A stretch of DNA of 64,000 bases from the human T2T-CHM13v2.0 reference genome, Homo sapiens. The stretch lies in NCBI RefSeq assembly GCF_009914755.1, contig NC_060934.1; one strand, 5' to 3'. Positions 34,982-47,680 of this stretch are shown here, one piece after another. The notes under the pieces are model-generated. The model made no database searches. It saw only the letters and a list, made by a program, of their open reading frames with translations, and was not told where the DNA came from. Position 1 is the stretch's first letter. Each line of letters starts with the position of its first letter. A program made the position numbers and the translations under genes.

Positions 34982-37296
34982 GTGAGTGAGGGCCTGCTCC
35001 TGCCGGGCCAGAGGTTCAGAAGGGTAGCCAGGTTATTCTCCAGGTAAGGTGGGGAGGGGCAGGGAGGCAGAGGCGGAGAGGGCTCTCCAGCTCACCCAGC
35101 CACCGCTGCTTCTGGCCACCTCCATGTCTTCACCCTCCTCACAGAGCACAGTAAGGCATACATCAGTTTGTCGGGGGAGTGAAGGGCATTAATGGAGGGG
35201 GAGGGAGGCCAAGGCTGTGGATCGAAGGAGGAGAACTTCAGGACCCTCCAGGGGCAGAGATCAGCATCGCTCACCAATCAGTATTTCCTAAGCCCTGGGG
35301 TGGGCTGCAGAGCCAGAGCCAGTTAAACTGAGGAACTCATGAGGCCCTCATTCTGTGACAGTTGCCATGTGTGCTGGAAGGAATCAGAGTCCATCTACTC
35401 TATCCTTCCTTTCCTCCTCTCACGGTGCAGACCCATCTCCACAGAGAAGGTGGCTCCACAGGTGGCTCCACAGAGGGGTCTTCTCCAAGGCACCTCCTCA
35501 CAACCGTTGGCATGAAGCTGGGGACACATCTCCCAGCTTGGGGCTGGTCTTGACCTAGAGGAAGTCAGTAGTGTCCTTCACTTTGTGACTGGATGGGGAC
35601 CAAAAGTCACTAAATTTTCAAAATGTTTCCTCCCTGCCCAGCCTACCAAGTAGACAGAGATCCCCATAGAACTTCCATCTGGAGGTCAGAGCATCGTGTC
35701 CAGGAGCCCCTGGGAAAAGGCAACTTCTTCCTGAGGAGGACCAGGACCACAGATCCTGAGCAGGACTAGCTGACTGGATTAGACAGGCTTCTCCAGAGAT
35801 CTGGAGCTGCCACCAGGAAAGGTATGGTTTGAGGAGTGCAGCAGAGAATGCCCAATGCCTAATGCTCTTCACTAATGTATCCTGCCGCTACTCTCACCTG
35901 GCCTCAAAACCCCACACTGCTCCTGCAGCACCTGGCACCCTCCCTCCTCCAGGAATGTGCTCTGGCTGGGGTCTCAGCGGCAAGGTCTGATTGTTTAAGG
36001 AATACCCTGTAGGAAGCAGAGGGGGCCAGACCGGAAAGAGAGAGAGGAGCCATGTAATTTGAAAGCCTGGCCTAGAAGACTTACAGTGAGGTTTCCCAAG
36101 ATTGGATCTGCACACATTTTAATCAGTTCCCGCACTTCCTGGGGCTGAGCCTAGTTCTGTTGTAATAAGCACTAAATAAGGAACAGGTGACCAGACACGC
36201 ATCCCTATGGCTGCTATGACTCCGAAAACACAAAGTGAGCCCCCAACCCTCCTTCCACATGGATACTCTCCAACTCAGTGCATCCCAAACTTAGCCTAAT
36301 AAAGCCCAACTCCCCATTTGTACTCATCATATTTTAACTTCACCTTTCACACACAAACCCACCAATTTCTACCCAAGCCCACCCAACCCAACTCAACCTA
36401 CTTAAACGTAACGGCATCTACTCTGCCAATGGGCACTGTGTATGGTTAAATAGGTTGTACCTTGCACAAAGGTGCCTGGCTGAGCCAGGTAACGCCAAGC
36501 CCCGTTGCCCCTCTGCTGGGGAAATCCCACCCCTTAGGGAGCAGGAAAGGAGCAACAGGGGATTAGTAAACCCTCTATACACACTCACAATCACAACATA
36601 CCCCGCTCAGGGCCCCCACCTCCACCTAGTGTCTCAATGGTCTTGGGGCACAGTCAGGTCTGTAGAGAAGGTCCATGAGTTGCCTTCTCTCAGCCTCCAC
36701 CTGGCTAAAGGTGCACAGGCCAGGTGAGTAGTGTACTTAAGAGACTCATGCTCTTCCACACCCAGCCCAGGGAGACAGTTACACAGAGCCACAAACAGGG
36801 AGGGACACTGGACCACAGTGTCATAGAGAGACAGAGAAGCAAATAGAGACCAGGAGAGACAGACAGAAGCATGAGTCAGGGACAGAGATGAAGAAGGGAG
36901 GTGTTGAGAGAAGGAAGCGTTGGATGGCAGGGGTGGGGAGGGGACCACGGGGAACCCCACGTTTAACTGTGGGACTCCAAGTGTTGTGATGTGGCCTTAG
37001 GCAGGCGACTGCGCCTCTATGGTTCTCAGACCACCCCCTGACGGAAAGGAGAGCTTCCTTGATCCTTCTCAGCTGGTCAGGGATGGTGTGGGGCAGGGAG
37101 TGGCCCTGGGGTAGTGCCAGCTCCTGCCAGGGCAGGGCCATCTGCAGAGCACCAGGAAAGCTACAACGGGGAGGGAGAAAGAGAGGAAGGGCTGAAGCGG
37201 AAGGATTTTGCTGGCGCCCAGGCTCGCTTTCTTCCCTTGAAAGGAGCAGCAGTTATGCTCTTGCCACCGCGCCTCAGTTCACATTCGTGGTCAGGA

Positions 37297-37570
37297 TGTG
37301 AGTGTGCGTATGTGTGTTTGCACTTGTGGCTCACGTACCACCGCATATGTGTGACTATCTGGATGTGTTTGTGACAAAATGGTGTAAATGAGAGACAGAG
37401 AGAGAAGTGTATTGTGTGTGCGTGTGTGCACACGCATGTGTACATGTGCACATGTGTCTTTGGGTTGAGAGAATATGTGTGTGGCTGTGGGTGAACAAGG
37501 TGAGCATGTATATGAGTGTGGATGTGTATGCTGCATGATGCGTGCATGTGTGCATGCCAAGTGTGTGTCA
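37297..37570. repeat. degenerate TG-rich tract
   Basis: tgtgagtgtgcgtatgtgtg ... tgtgtgtgcgtgtgtgcacacgcatgtgtacatgtgcaca. Confidence 0.75.
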
Positions 37571-40109
37571 GTGCAGCTGCTGGAGAGGAGGCTACAGACA
37601 GAGGTGGCTGCCTTGAGCTGGCTGTGTCTATAGCTCTGGTGTAGCAATGAGCCTGTCACATAGTAGGCCCACACCATACCGTGGTGAAATAAATGCTTGG
37701 TGGAAGTCAGTGAGAGGCTCCTGGACTTTTAGAGGAGGCCTGTAAAGCCAAGAAACTTCTAGCCAGGGGGCAATCATGGATGCTTACGCAGTGTTTTCCA
37801 GTTCCCCAAGCCCTTCACCTGAGTCCTCTTGTTTGGGTCTTTTCACCAAACCTGAGGGATTTAACTGCATTTTACTGATGAGAGAATGGAGGCTCACTTG
37901 TCCAAGGTCCCACCAGGGCCCGGGGCAGAGCCAGGACCATGACAGCCCTCCTGGCTGCAAAGCCTGTAAAACCCTGCTGCTCCCCCTTCCCTGGGAACAG
38001 GAGCTGCTGAGAGTGTACCTGATGGTGCAGATTTTCACCATTATTTGTGTTGGGTAAGAGTGGCTGTGGGCAGTCAGCATCTCCAGGGAAACCACAGTGA
38101 ACACTCTTTCTCTAACCCATCCCTCCTCTCAGCTGCTCCGCCGTTCCCTGCGTTCCCTGCACTCTAGCCCTGTGCCTAACTGGGTGACTTGGGGCCAGCC
38201 CCTGCCCTCTCCAGCCCTCATTTCTTCATCTGCAGGTGGGAATGGTGCTGAAGACTAAGTGGAATGACAGATGGAGATGGCTGGCACATAGTAGGTACTC
38301 AGGAAATACTGGCTTCTAAGAGGAGCCCGGCTCTTTCTCCTGCAGCCCCAGGCACTGCAGCTCTTTCTTGTTGCTTCTCCCGAGGCTCACAGATCACCTG
38401 GGAAATCATCTCTGACCTGCTGTTTCCTGGCCAGCTCACTTGCTGCTTCCACATGCTGAATCCCACATCTTCAGGCCTTAATGGAGCCAGAGGCCCATCC
38501 TGCCCGCCCTCCAGTGTCTAGCAAGACCCACCCCTAAGGCACCAACGGCACAGAGGTGCCTGTCCCATGGGCTATGAATCCTGCAGGGGATAAGTTCTCT
38601 CCCAGGGTCTCACCCTAGAGAATCCTGTCTTCCTTTGCTGGGCAGTCTTGGTTGGCCCTTCCCCACACTGGGACTCAGTTTCCCCATCTCTACAATGATG
38701 CAGTTGCTCCATCGATAGCTCAGACCCCACGGGTCCCTGTGGCTCTGGTGAAACACCCCTGCACTAACGGGTTGTTCTGCACACAGTTCGGGTGCTTTGG
38801 CCTTTGCCTTCAGTGAGCCGGCCCCACTATCTATCCGGTGAGGCCATTTGCCCTGCCCTGCCAGGACGAGGTCGGACTCCAGGAGGCCTGGGTGTAAGCC
38901 TCCCCTCTGTCTATGCTTGCTGGTTTGGGTTCTCTGAGCCTCATTCCCTCATTTGTCAAATGGGGAGAGTGATATGGACCCTGCCCACCTCCCAGCACCA
39001 AGCCAGGTGAGGGGAATAAAGACCTGCAGAGACTCTGAAGGGTCACAGAGAAATAGCAGATTGCAAGCCAGTCACGACGCAGAGGTGAAGCGCATGGTGG
39101 GTGAGGGCATGGGCCCCCAGCCATGATGCTGGGATTTGAAAGTGGCTCTTCCACCCCAGCTGCACGCCCTGGGCAGCCTCTCATTTGTGGAATGGGGGAA
39201 TAGTGGTAATAGGGCTTGGGGGGCTGTGGTGAGGATTAACTAAGACATCTGTGTATGAGCGCCGAGTGCCATGCCTGGCTGCGTCAGCACGCAGTCACTG
39301 CCACTGTGTTCCTGTTCCAGCATTGTCCTGGGTGCCTGACACCTGTCGCTCCCATCTGACCTCTTCTGACCTTCATCCTGAGGGCCCTGCCCGCCTCTGC
39401 TGCCCCTCCTCACGAGCCAAACTCACCCAGGCTCCCCATTTTCATGTGGCACTGCCCACTTGGCCAGCCCTCTCCATCCTAGTGGTCTAAGGCCAAACCA
39501 TTACTCATACAATAAGCACTTATTGAGTGCCTGCTGTGTACCAGGCCCTGTTTCTGGCATGGAAGGGCAGCCTTGTTAGTGCTGCCTGTCTAGCACTGAG
39601 AGCTTGTGCTGGAGCTGAACAGGGTGCCGAAGGGTGAAACCACGGCCACCTCCCCAAATGACAAAACCTCTGACACTCTCTCCCCAAGAGTGCTCGATAG
39701 TGCTCTGCAGAGCCCTGGGGACCATAACTGGGGGGGGGTCAGAGCCTCCAGGCCCCCCACTCCTGCTCCCACCTGCACATCTTGCACCCTGGAATTCTGC
39801 AAGCTGTTTTATAAAACGAACTCTGCAGTTAGAGGAGGGTTGAGAAGCACTGCTCAAATCCAACCTTTCTCAGTGTAGACAGGAAAACTGAGACCCAGAG
39901 GGACTCGCCCAAAGTCAATCCTAGATTTTGAGTCATCCAACTTCCGGTCTAATGTTCTTCCCACAGCATCCTCGGAATCGTCTTTCGGGTCTGTACCCTC
40001 TGGCCCCTGGTTTTGAGTGGCCCAAGTTGAGCCTCTGGAAATGTCCATCAAATATAGGTCAGCCTTGAGAGCCTCAGACCCTGGTGGACACCTTTTCCCC
40101 TGCCAGCCC

Positions 40110-40530
40110 CACACTCTCAATTGATTAATAACAACATATTTGAGACGGTAGCACAAATTAATTTCTGAATTGTGCCATTAGTGAGTAATCAATTTCTTTG
40201 CTCTGGGAAATGAAGATATATCCCTGACGAGCATGTTATCTAAATCTATAAAAGAGGAGAAATGCTGAACAGGCAACTCCATTAATGCAAACATTGATTT
40301 TTTTTTTGACCATTTCCCCCTCTCTTGTGTGAGAACTTTCCCCTGATTTCTATACCCCCACTTTTTGGGAGGGCAGCATCTGTTTTTCCAAGGAAGGATG
40401 GGGGCCCTTGGAGAGGGGGAGGGCTGCCTCTTGATACCTTCAGCAGTAATCAAAAGATCGTGTGCGCTTACTGCAGCCAAATAATGTCCTTATTGGATGC
40501 TATTAAGGATACGGTTGCCATAGAAACCCA
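40110..40530. promoter_or_regulatory. candidate conserved enhancer with RFX X-box
   Basis: AT-rich and repeat-free; ATTGATT/AATCAA motifs at 40120, 40186, 40293 and 40447; X-box GTTGCCATAGAAAC 40514-40527. Confidence 0.5.
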
Positions 40531-40809
40531 GGATCTCGACCCACCAGGTTTGGATGCCAAACCTGGAACGTGCATTCTTCTGCAAGCTGCTGGAGGTCTG
40601 GGAGTGATGGGAGGAGAGAGGTGGCTGAGCTGGGAGGTTGTGCTGTGATCTTCCATACCGGCCCCTCCATTAGATGCCAGCTGCCTCCTCTAGAAAGTCC
40701 TCCAGGATTAGCATATCTCCATGTTCCCCCCACCTCCCCCATCTGGTAGCTGGCACATTTCCCAGCTGGCCTGACTTAAGACCTCTTGGACTATCTAACG
40801 AATTCCTAT

Positions 40810-40987
40810 CTATGTGACTCTGGGCAAATTGCTTAGCCTTTCTGTGCCCCATTTCTTCATCTCTAAAAAGGCGATAATAGTCCCCCTTTTTAGACTGATT
40901 ATGAGAATTTAATGAGATAATGAATGTAAAGCGCTTAGCACAGTGTCTGGCCTGGAATGAGTGCTTGATCAATGAGAGATATTATTA
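40810..40987 (+). mobile_element. MIR
   Basis: tatgtgactctgggcaaattgcttagcc ... aatgagataatgaatgtaaagcgcttagcacagtgtctggc. Confidence 0.88.
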
Positions 40988-42259
40988 CCATGGCAAGTGG
41001 AGGGTGGAGGGTCTGTCAGGGGACAGGAGCAAAAGCTGGATTCTGGTCTGATTCAGATCTGAGGCTTGCCTCTGCCCAGCTGTGTCCCTGGGCAAGTGGC
41101 AGTCTCTGTGATCCTTGGCTTGTCTTTTAGATGGAGATGAGGATGCTGATGGTACAGGCGGGATGACCATGTCTTTCAGTGTTCCGGATGGTCCCTGTCT
41201 ACACCTATTGTCCAGTGTACTTGTTCACAGCACACACAGACACTTGTTGGATGCTTTTACCCACAAGGGGACCCAGACTGTTAGGCTCAGAAGAGGTCCC
41301 AGGCTACCTGTCCCTTACTACCGATGGTGCTGCAGCCTCAGCTGTCTGGGTTGGGCCAGGAAGTCGCCTCATTAGCTCAGATTCCAGGTTCCCCAGGGCA
41401 ACCTCATGCAGGCCTCTGCTCTGAGGTCAAAGGAACAAAAGGAGAGACAAAGGCTGTTCACCCCCTGCCTGGCTCCAGACACCAGCTCCGGTGGGATAAC
41501 ATGGCCCCTTGATCCAGTCAGCCCCAGTTAGTGCCCTGGGAGAGAGACCTGGCAGTGGCCTCCTGGCCACGGCTTCCTGGGGCTTCCTGCGCACCTCATC
41601 CAATTCAGGTTGTCAGCCCTGACCCAGAGGGCCTGGCTGCTCCCAAGGCCTTGCCCTTCCCCCAGTTCATTAGCACCTTTTGGACCGAGGATGTTCAGAT
41701 ACATGCTGGCCTCATGATGATTCACCATCTGGCCACCTGTCACTAACCAGAACCTCGGGCTCCTTAGCTGCGAAGTGAGTGAAATAATCCCTGCCTCACT
41801 TGTTGGATCGAATTTCATGATACACGAGAAAGGGCTTTGTAAACTCTAGAGTGATGTGCACCCCATGAGTTGTGGGTCTCATCGAGGGACTCCTAAAGCA
41901 GATGTCTGTGAGGCCAGCCCTGAAACTGTACCAGTTTCTTTTTAGACCCTTGGCTTTTGTGATGACTGTCAAGTTTCCATGGGAACAACATAACTCCACC
42001 CATTCACATGTGTGTGGGCAGAGAGGTCCCTCAGAGGCCATGGAAGCTCACGTTGCTCTCTTGGCTCTGCTCTCAGCCTGCTGGGGGACTTAAGGCCAGG
42101 TGCCTCGGTTTCCCCATCTGTCGCAGGGCATGCTGATGCCAACTCTGTCTCTCTCACAGGTCCCTTGAGTAACTGGAGAAGGGGTGAGGTTGCTCGTTAC
42201 ATGGCAGAGACAGGTGGGGAATACAAGCAAGTACTCCTGAGCTGGAAGGACTTTCCCTG

Positions 42260-42430
42260 CTCTGGGGCCTTTGGCCAAGTTACCTCATCTCTCTATGCCT
42301 CAGTTTCCTCCATGGCCAAATGGCTTTGTAATATCTATGCTATAGGCTGTGAGGATTAGCAGTAAATTATGTGAAGTGCCTGGCTCACAGTCAAGACTTG
42401 GCAAGTGGTAACTACTGCTGTTATTATTAT
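42260..42430 (+). mobile_element. MIR
   Basis: tttggccaagttacctcatctctctatgcctcagtttcctc ... tgtgaggatta ... agtgcctggc. Confidence 0.78.
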
Positions 42431-43354
42431 TTTCACACTGGCAAGGTTAAGACATTACCCAAATGAGGGACATCATTTTTGTTTTTCACACAAGAGCTGT
42501 GCACCTGGGGGCTGATTTGATTTGAGTTTGGTGCACTGGATAGGAAGCACAGAAAGCCTGGCCCAAGCTCTTCAATAATGTCCTGCCTCCCTTGTCCCCA
42601 CTGAGCAGGGAAGGCTTGAAGTTCAAGGTGATGAAGTCAGGGAGAGAAGGAGGTAGGAAGGCCTGCTCTTGGCTTCATGTTCCCTTTCCCCTAAACCAAG
42701 AATAAGTTTCCCTAGGAAAGTGGACCTGCATTCAGGAGTAGACAGGTGAGCTGAGTGGACCCACTACCCTCAGTCAGTGACATTTTCTTTATTGATAGTG
42801 GCTGGAATGTGGTGGTGGCTCCCCAGGGAGTCCCAGGGTCCTAGGAATTCCCCCAAGGGACACATTAAATTTTCAGATGTAAGCACTGGCAGTTCTCGGA
42901 CCCTCACAAGCCCCCTCCCCTGGACCCCAGGGCGGGATGAGAAGGGGCAGAGGCATAACAGGGCCTGTGACCTGTGGCCTGCTCAAGGTGTGAGTGCAGG
43001 GACTGGAACTAACTGAATTGGTCACAAGGGGATTACAGATGGGCAGGGGCTCCTTGGGGTCCTGGTGCTCAGGCTGGGCCGGTGGGGGCCGGTTGAGAAG
43101 GGTCACAGGGTCAGAGAACCTCAATGACTGCCCCTCCTTCTCTGCAAGCCACCCACCCTGCCCAAGCGGCACGCTGGAGCTGCAGGCTGACAGCAGGCAG
43201 GCTGGGGGAGAATGGCCCTAGAGTAGTGGCCTGCAGGCTCCTGATGAGCTCCTACCAAGGAGGCTCTAGCTGAGCCAGTGTAGTGGGGGCTGCGGGGGAG
43301 AGCAGGGTTCCTGGCCTTGGAAACCCTGTGCATCTTCGCAGGTTCTCCTGCACT

Positions 43355-43550
43355 TCTTAGCTGTAGGACCTTGGGCACTTAAGTCAATCAACGTCTCTGC
43401 ACCTCTGTTTCCTCATCTGTAAAAGGGGGCCCAGTAGCAACTACATCATGCTATGTTAACTATATCATAGAACTATGGTGAATATTTGACGGAATCATGT
43501 GTATAAAATGCCTTGCACGATGCCCAGCACAGAGCAACTTAGAGAAATAC
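43355..43550 (+). mobile_element. MIR
   Basis: tagctgtaggaccttgggca ... gtttcctcatctgtaaaagggg ... gcacgatgcccagcacagag. Confidence 0.78.
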
Positions 43551-43670
43551 TGTGAGGACTGAAAAAAAAAAAGATTCTTTAAGAGCACCCAGGTCAGTGT
43601 TTGCCACAAAAGGGCCAAACCTATTGGTTTCAATACTCTAGGTTTGAAAGAATATACCAGGCTTGGGCTC

Positions 43671-44093
43671 TGATATAATTTTGGATATTTTTCCCCTCCA
43701 AATCTCATGTTGAAATTTCATCCCTAATGTTGGAGGTGAGGCCTAATGGGACCTGTTTGGGTTATGGGGTGGGAGATGGCTCCCTCCTGAATGCCTTGGT
43801 GCCATCCTTGTAGTAATGAGTGGGTTTTCATGCTATTATTTCCCGGAGAACTGAGTGTGGACAGGAGCCTGGCACCTCCCTCTCCTCTCTCTTGCTTCCT
43901 TCCTCTCACCATGTGATGCCAACTCCCCTTCGCCTTCTGTCATGAGTGGAAGCTTCCTGAGGCCTCACCAGGAGCAGGTGCTGGTGCCATGCTTCCTATA
44001 CTGCCTGCAGAACCGTGAGCCAAATTTATCTCTTTCATTATAAATTACTCAGCTGCAGGTGTTCCCTTATAGCAATACAAACAGACTAAGACA
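43671..44093 (+). mobile_element. MSTB-like MaLR solo LTR, full length
   Basis: TGATATA...ccaaatctcatgttgaaattt ... agcaatacaaacagactaagACA; perfect 5-bp TSD GGCTC (43666-70 / 44094-98). Confidence 0.93.
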
Positions 44094-44302
44094 GGCTCCA
44101 AGGAAACCTGAGTGGGGAGGAGGGAGTGGGCAGGGGTTGAGGAAGGAGGCTGCGTGGAGAAAGATAGGCTTGCATGGCCTTTTCCTGGTCATGCCCAGAT
44201 TTCTTCCCCTCCAACATGCCCAGGTTTTAGGAGGAGAAGGTGTCTTCTGCTGGCAGAGGTGTGGCAGATGGAAAGGACTACAATAAGGAAAGAGACAACA
44301 CC

Positions 44303-47300
44303 ATTTCCAGCCATGTTAGAGTTACTGAGTTACTGAGACTGGACTTACCCTCCCCCCATAAATACCTACAGAACTAGACAAAATACATGAAACAACTATT
44401 TTCAGACATTGACAGTAGGTAGCTGTTGACTGTGATTGTTGGGATGAAGAAAACAAATTAGGTGGACCCTATGTTCACCCCTGCCTGAAGGCACTATTCC
44501 GACTGCACCGTAAGGAGGAGGGGCCCAAGGAGAGCTCAGTGAACTCTCTTATTTGAGGGGATGGATTGGCATTGGATCAGGCTGAGGCAGCTGGAATTTG
44601 TGGAGCAGAGAACTGGATACAAGGAAGCTATGCAGACAAAAGACTTTGGAAATCTCCATAGGAATTCCCCGGATTCTGTTGCCAAGTCTTAAGACATGAC
44701 TATTTAGGGTAAAACTCCACAAGCCTAGCAAACAGTGACCAGGGAGCTGTAAACTGAGCGTTTCCCCAAATTTACATAGGCATGGAAGACCTTCAAGTTC
44801 TGACCAGTCAGAATGGAGAGTCCCCAGGAGGGTGATGCCTTAGTAATAGGCCTCAACAAGTTCAAGGGGCAGCGTACTCTAAACTCATCTTGAGTGAATT
44901 TAACAAGACTTTAGAGGATTAAAAGTCCTCTGTAAGTAGAGGATCTGTAAGTAACCTAACTGCATGTTAAAACAAAGTCCAACACTTTTTAAAAACTACA
45001 ATAAGATTAGCACTCTACAACATGAAATTAACAATGCCCAGCATTCAATAAAAAATACTTGACACAGATATGGGAACATTCTCAACTCATTTTATGAGGA
45101 AAGTAGTACCCTGACACCAAAACAGATAACAGATAAACGTGTTAAAGTATAAGAAAAATTTAGACTAATACCCTTCAAGAACATAGATTCAAAAATTCTT
45201 TACAAAATTTTAGCCAGTTGAATTTTAAATTCTATTAAACAGTTAATACATCATAGGCAAGTGGGGCTTATCCCAGAAATGCAAGTTTGGTTCACCATTT
45301 GAAAAATCAATCTATGTAATTCACCATATCAAGAGATTAAACTAGAAAAACCATCGATAATTTCAGTAGATACAGAAAAAGCATTTGACAAAATTTACCA
45401 CTCATCCATGACAAATATTCTTAGCAACCTAGGAATAGAAGAGAATTTCTTCAACCTGATAAGGATGTAATATAATTAATAATGAGAAACTGATGCTTTC
45501 CCCATAAGATCAGGACAAGACAAGAATGTCCACTTACACGATTCCTATTTAACATTGTATTGGAAGACTTGCCAGTGCAATATGGCAAGAAAAAGAACTA
45601 AAAGTACCCAGATTGGAAAGGAACGTAAAGAACTGTCTTTATTTGCAGATGACATAATTGTCTACATATAAAATCCCAACAGAATGTACCAAAAAACTAC
45701 TAGAACATACGAATTTAGCAAGGTTTCAGGAAAAAAGGGTAATATACAAAATTTAATTGTATTTCTGTGTACTAGCAATGAACAATTAGAAATTGTAATT
45801 TTAAAAAATCCATTTACAATAGCATGAAAATGTGAAATGCTTGGGGATCAATCCAACAAAATATGTGTAAGCTTTGTGTGCTAAAAACTACAAAATTGAT
45901 GAGAGAAATCAAAGAAGATCTAAATAAATGGAGAGATATAAAATATTGTTTATAGATCAGAAGACTGAATATGGTTAAGCAGTTAATTTTTCCCATATTA
46001 TTTATAGGTTTCATGTAATCCTAATAAAAATTCCAGCATACTTTCTTATAAATATTGACAGAGTGATTCCAAAATGTATATGGAAATAAAAGAACTTGAA
46101 ATAGCCAAAAGTATTTTTAAAAAGAACAAAGTTGGACAACTCATACTACCATTTTCAAACTTGCCAAATAATTACCATAATCATGACAAATAGGTAGATG
46201 AAAAAAATAGAGACCAGTATTAGACCCACACATATGTGGCCAATTAATTTTTGACAAAAGTGCCAGGTGATTCAATGGAGAAAAATCATCTTTTCAATAA
46301 ATTATGCTGGAACAATTGGTCATCCATAAGCAAAATTGAAATGCTGACTCCTACCTCACACCATACACAGAAATTAATTCCAAATGGATCATAGACCTAA
46401 ATGCAATATGTAAAACTACAAAATTACTAGAAGATAATATAGGAGAAAATCTTTATGACCTTGAGTTAGGCAAAGATTTATTAGATTAGACACAGAAAGC
46501 ACAAACAATAAGAGAACATTTAGATTAAATTGGAATTCATGAAATTTTAAACTTCTCATCTTGGAAAGACTAGTAAGAAAGTGAAAAGATGGCTGTAGAT
46601 TTGGAGAAAACATCTGTAAATGATAAAGAACTTGCATTTAAAATATATAAAGAAACTTCACAACTCAATAATTAGAAAAAAAACAACGGTTTTTAAAATC
46701 GGCAAAATATTTGGACGTTCACTAAAGAAGGGACACAGATGGCAAATACATAAGTAAAAGATGTTTAACATCATTCGTTACCAGGGAAATGAAAAATTAA
46801 ACTGCAGTGAAATCCCACTACACACTTATTAAAACAGCTAATTTTAAAACAACAAAAGCTGGAGAGGATGCAGAGTAACTGGAATTCTCATATTGCTAGT
46901 AGGGATGCAAAATAGTACAAATACTTTAGAAAGCAGATACAGCTTTTTAAAATAATGTTAAATAACTTGTCATATGATCCAACAATCCTACTCCTAAATA
47001 TTTATCCAAGAAAAATGAAAACATGTTCATGAAAAGACCTGCATATGAATTTTTACATCAGCTTTATTTCTAGTCACTGAAACTAGAAATAATAAAATGG
47101 GTAAGGTTCATTCTATATATTCATATAATGGAATACTACTCAGCAATGAAAAGGAGTGGATTGATATATATATGACAACACAGATAAATCTAAAAAATCA
47201 TTATGCTGACTGAAAGAAGCCAAACCCCAAAAGGTACACATGTTAGATTCCATTTATATGAAATTCTAGAATAGGCAACAATAAATCTAAAGCAGATCAG

Positions 47301-47475
47301 TGGTCACCTGTGTCCAAAGTCAGGAGGATTTCAAAAAGGCAGGAGGAAATTTGGGGGCTGAGGGAAACATTTTACCTCTTGGCTGTGATTTTGACCTTTG
47401 TTAGACTCATGAGCTGCCCACTTAAAATGGATGCCCTTGCTTAGATGTAGATTATACTTCAATAAAGTTGATTAA
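44303..47475 (+). mobile_element. old L1M (L1MD/ME-like), internally deleted, non-coding relic
   Basis: A-rich; 5'-region-like 44303-45064; ORF2 RT-like from about 45065 (aactcattttatgagg, gatacagaaaaagcatttgacaaaatt, ttatttgcagatgacataattg = LFADD); 3' end attatacttcaataaagttg; many stops and frameshifts. Confidence 0.88.
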
Positions 47476-47504
47476 TATGAAAGGAAATAGCCATGGGTGA
47501 GCAT

Positions 47505-47680
47505 CTACCAAGAGCCACGCACTGTGCAAGGTGCGTTCAAATATATTCAAATATATCATCTTCGACATTGTAAGCATCTTCTTACAGCTGAGAAAGCTCA
47601 GGGGGCAGAATTTGAGTGACTTTCTCAGGAGCACACAGCTGGAATGGCGGGGCTGAGCTCAAACCTGTGTTTCAGGACTG
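47505..47680 (-). mobile_element. MIR
   Basis: gagcatctac...actgtgcaaggtgc ... ttacagctgagaaagctcagg...gagtgactttctcaggagcacacagct. Confidence 0.6.

Noticed and set aside
35448-35471. 12-bp direct repeat AGGTGGCTCCAC x2
   Set aside because: Ordinary slippage microduplication
45065-47250. Reverse transcriptase-like coding sequence
   Set aside because: Decayed L1 ORF2 with numerous stops and frameshifts; not functional
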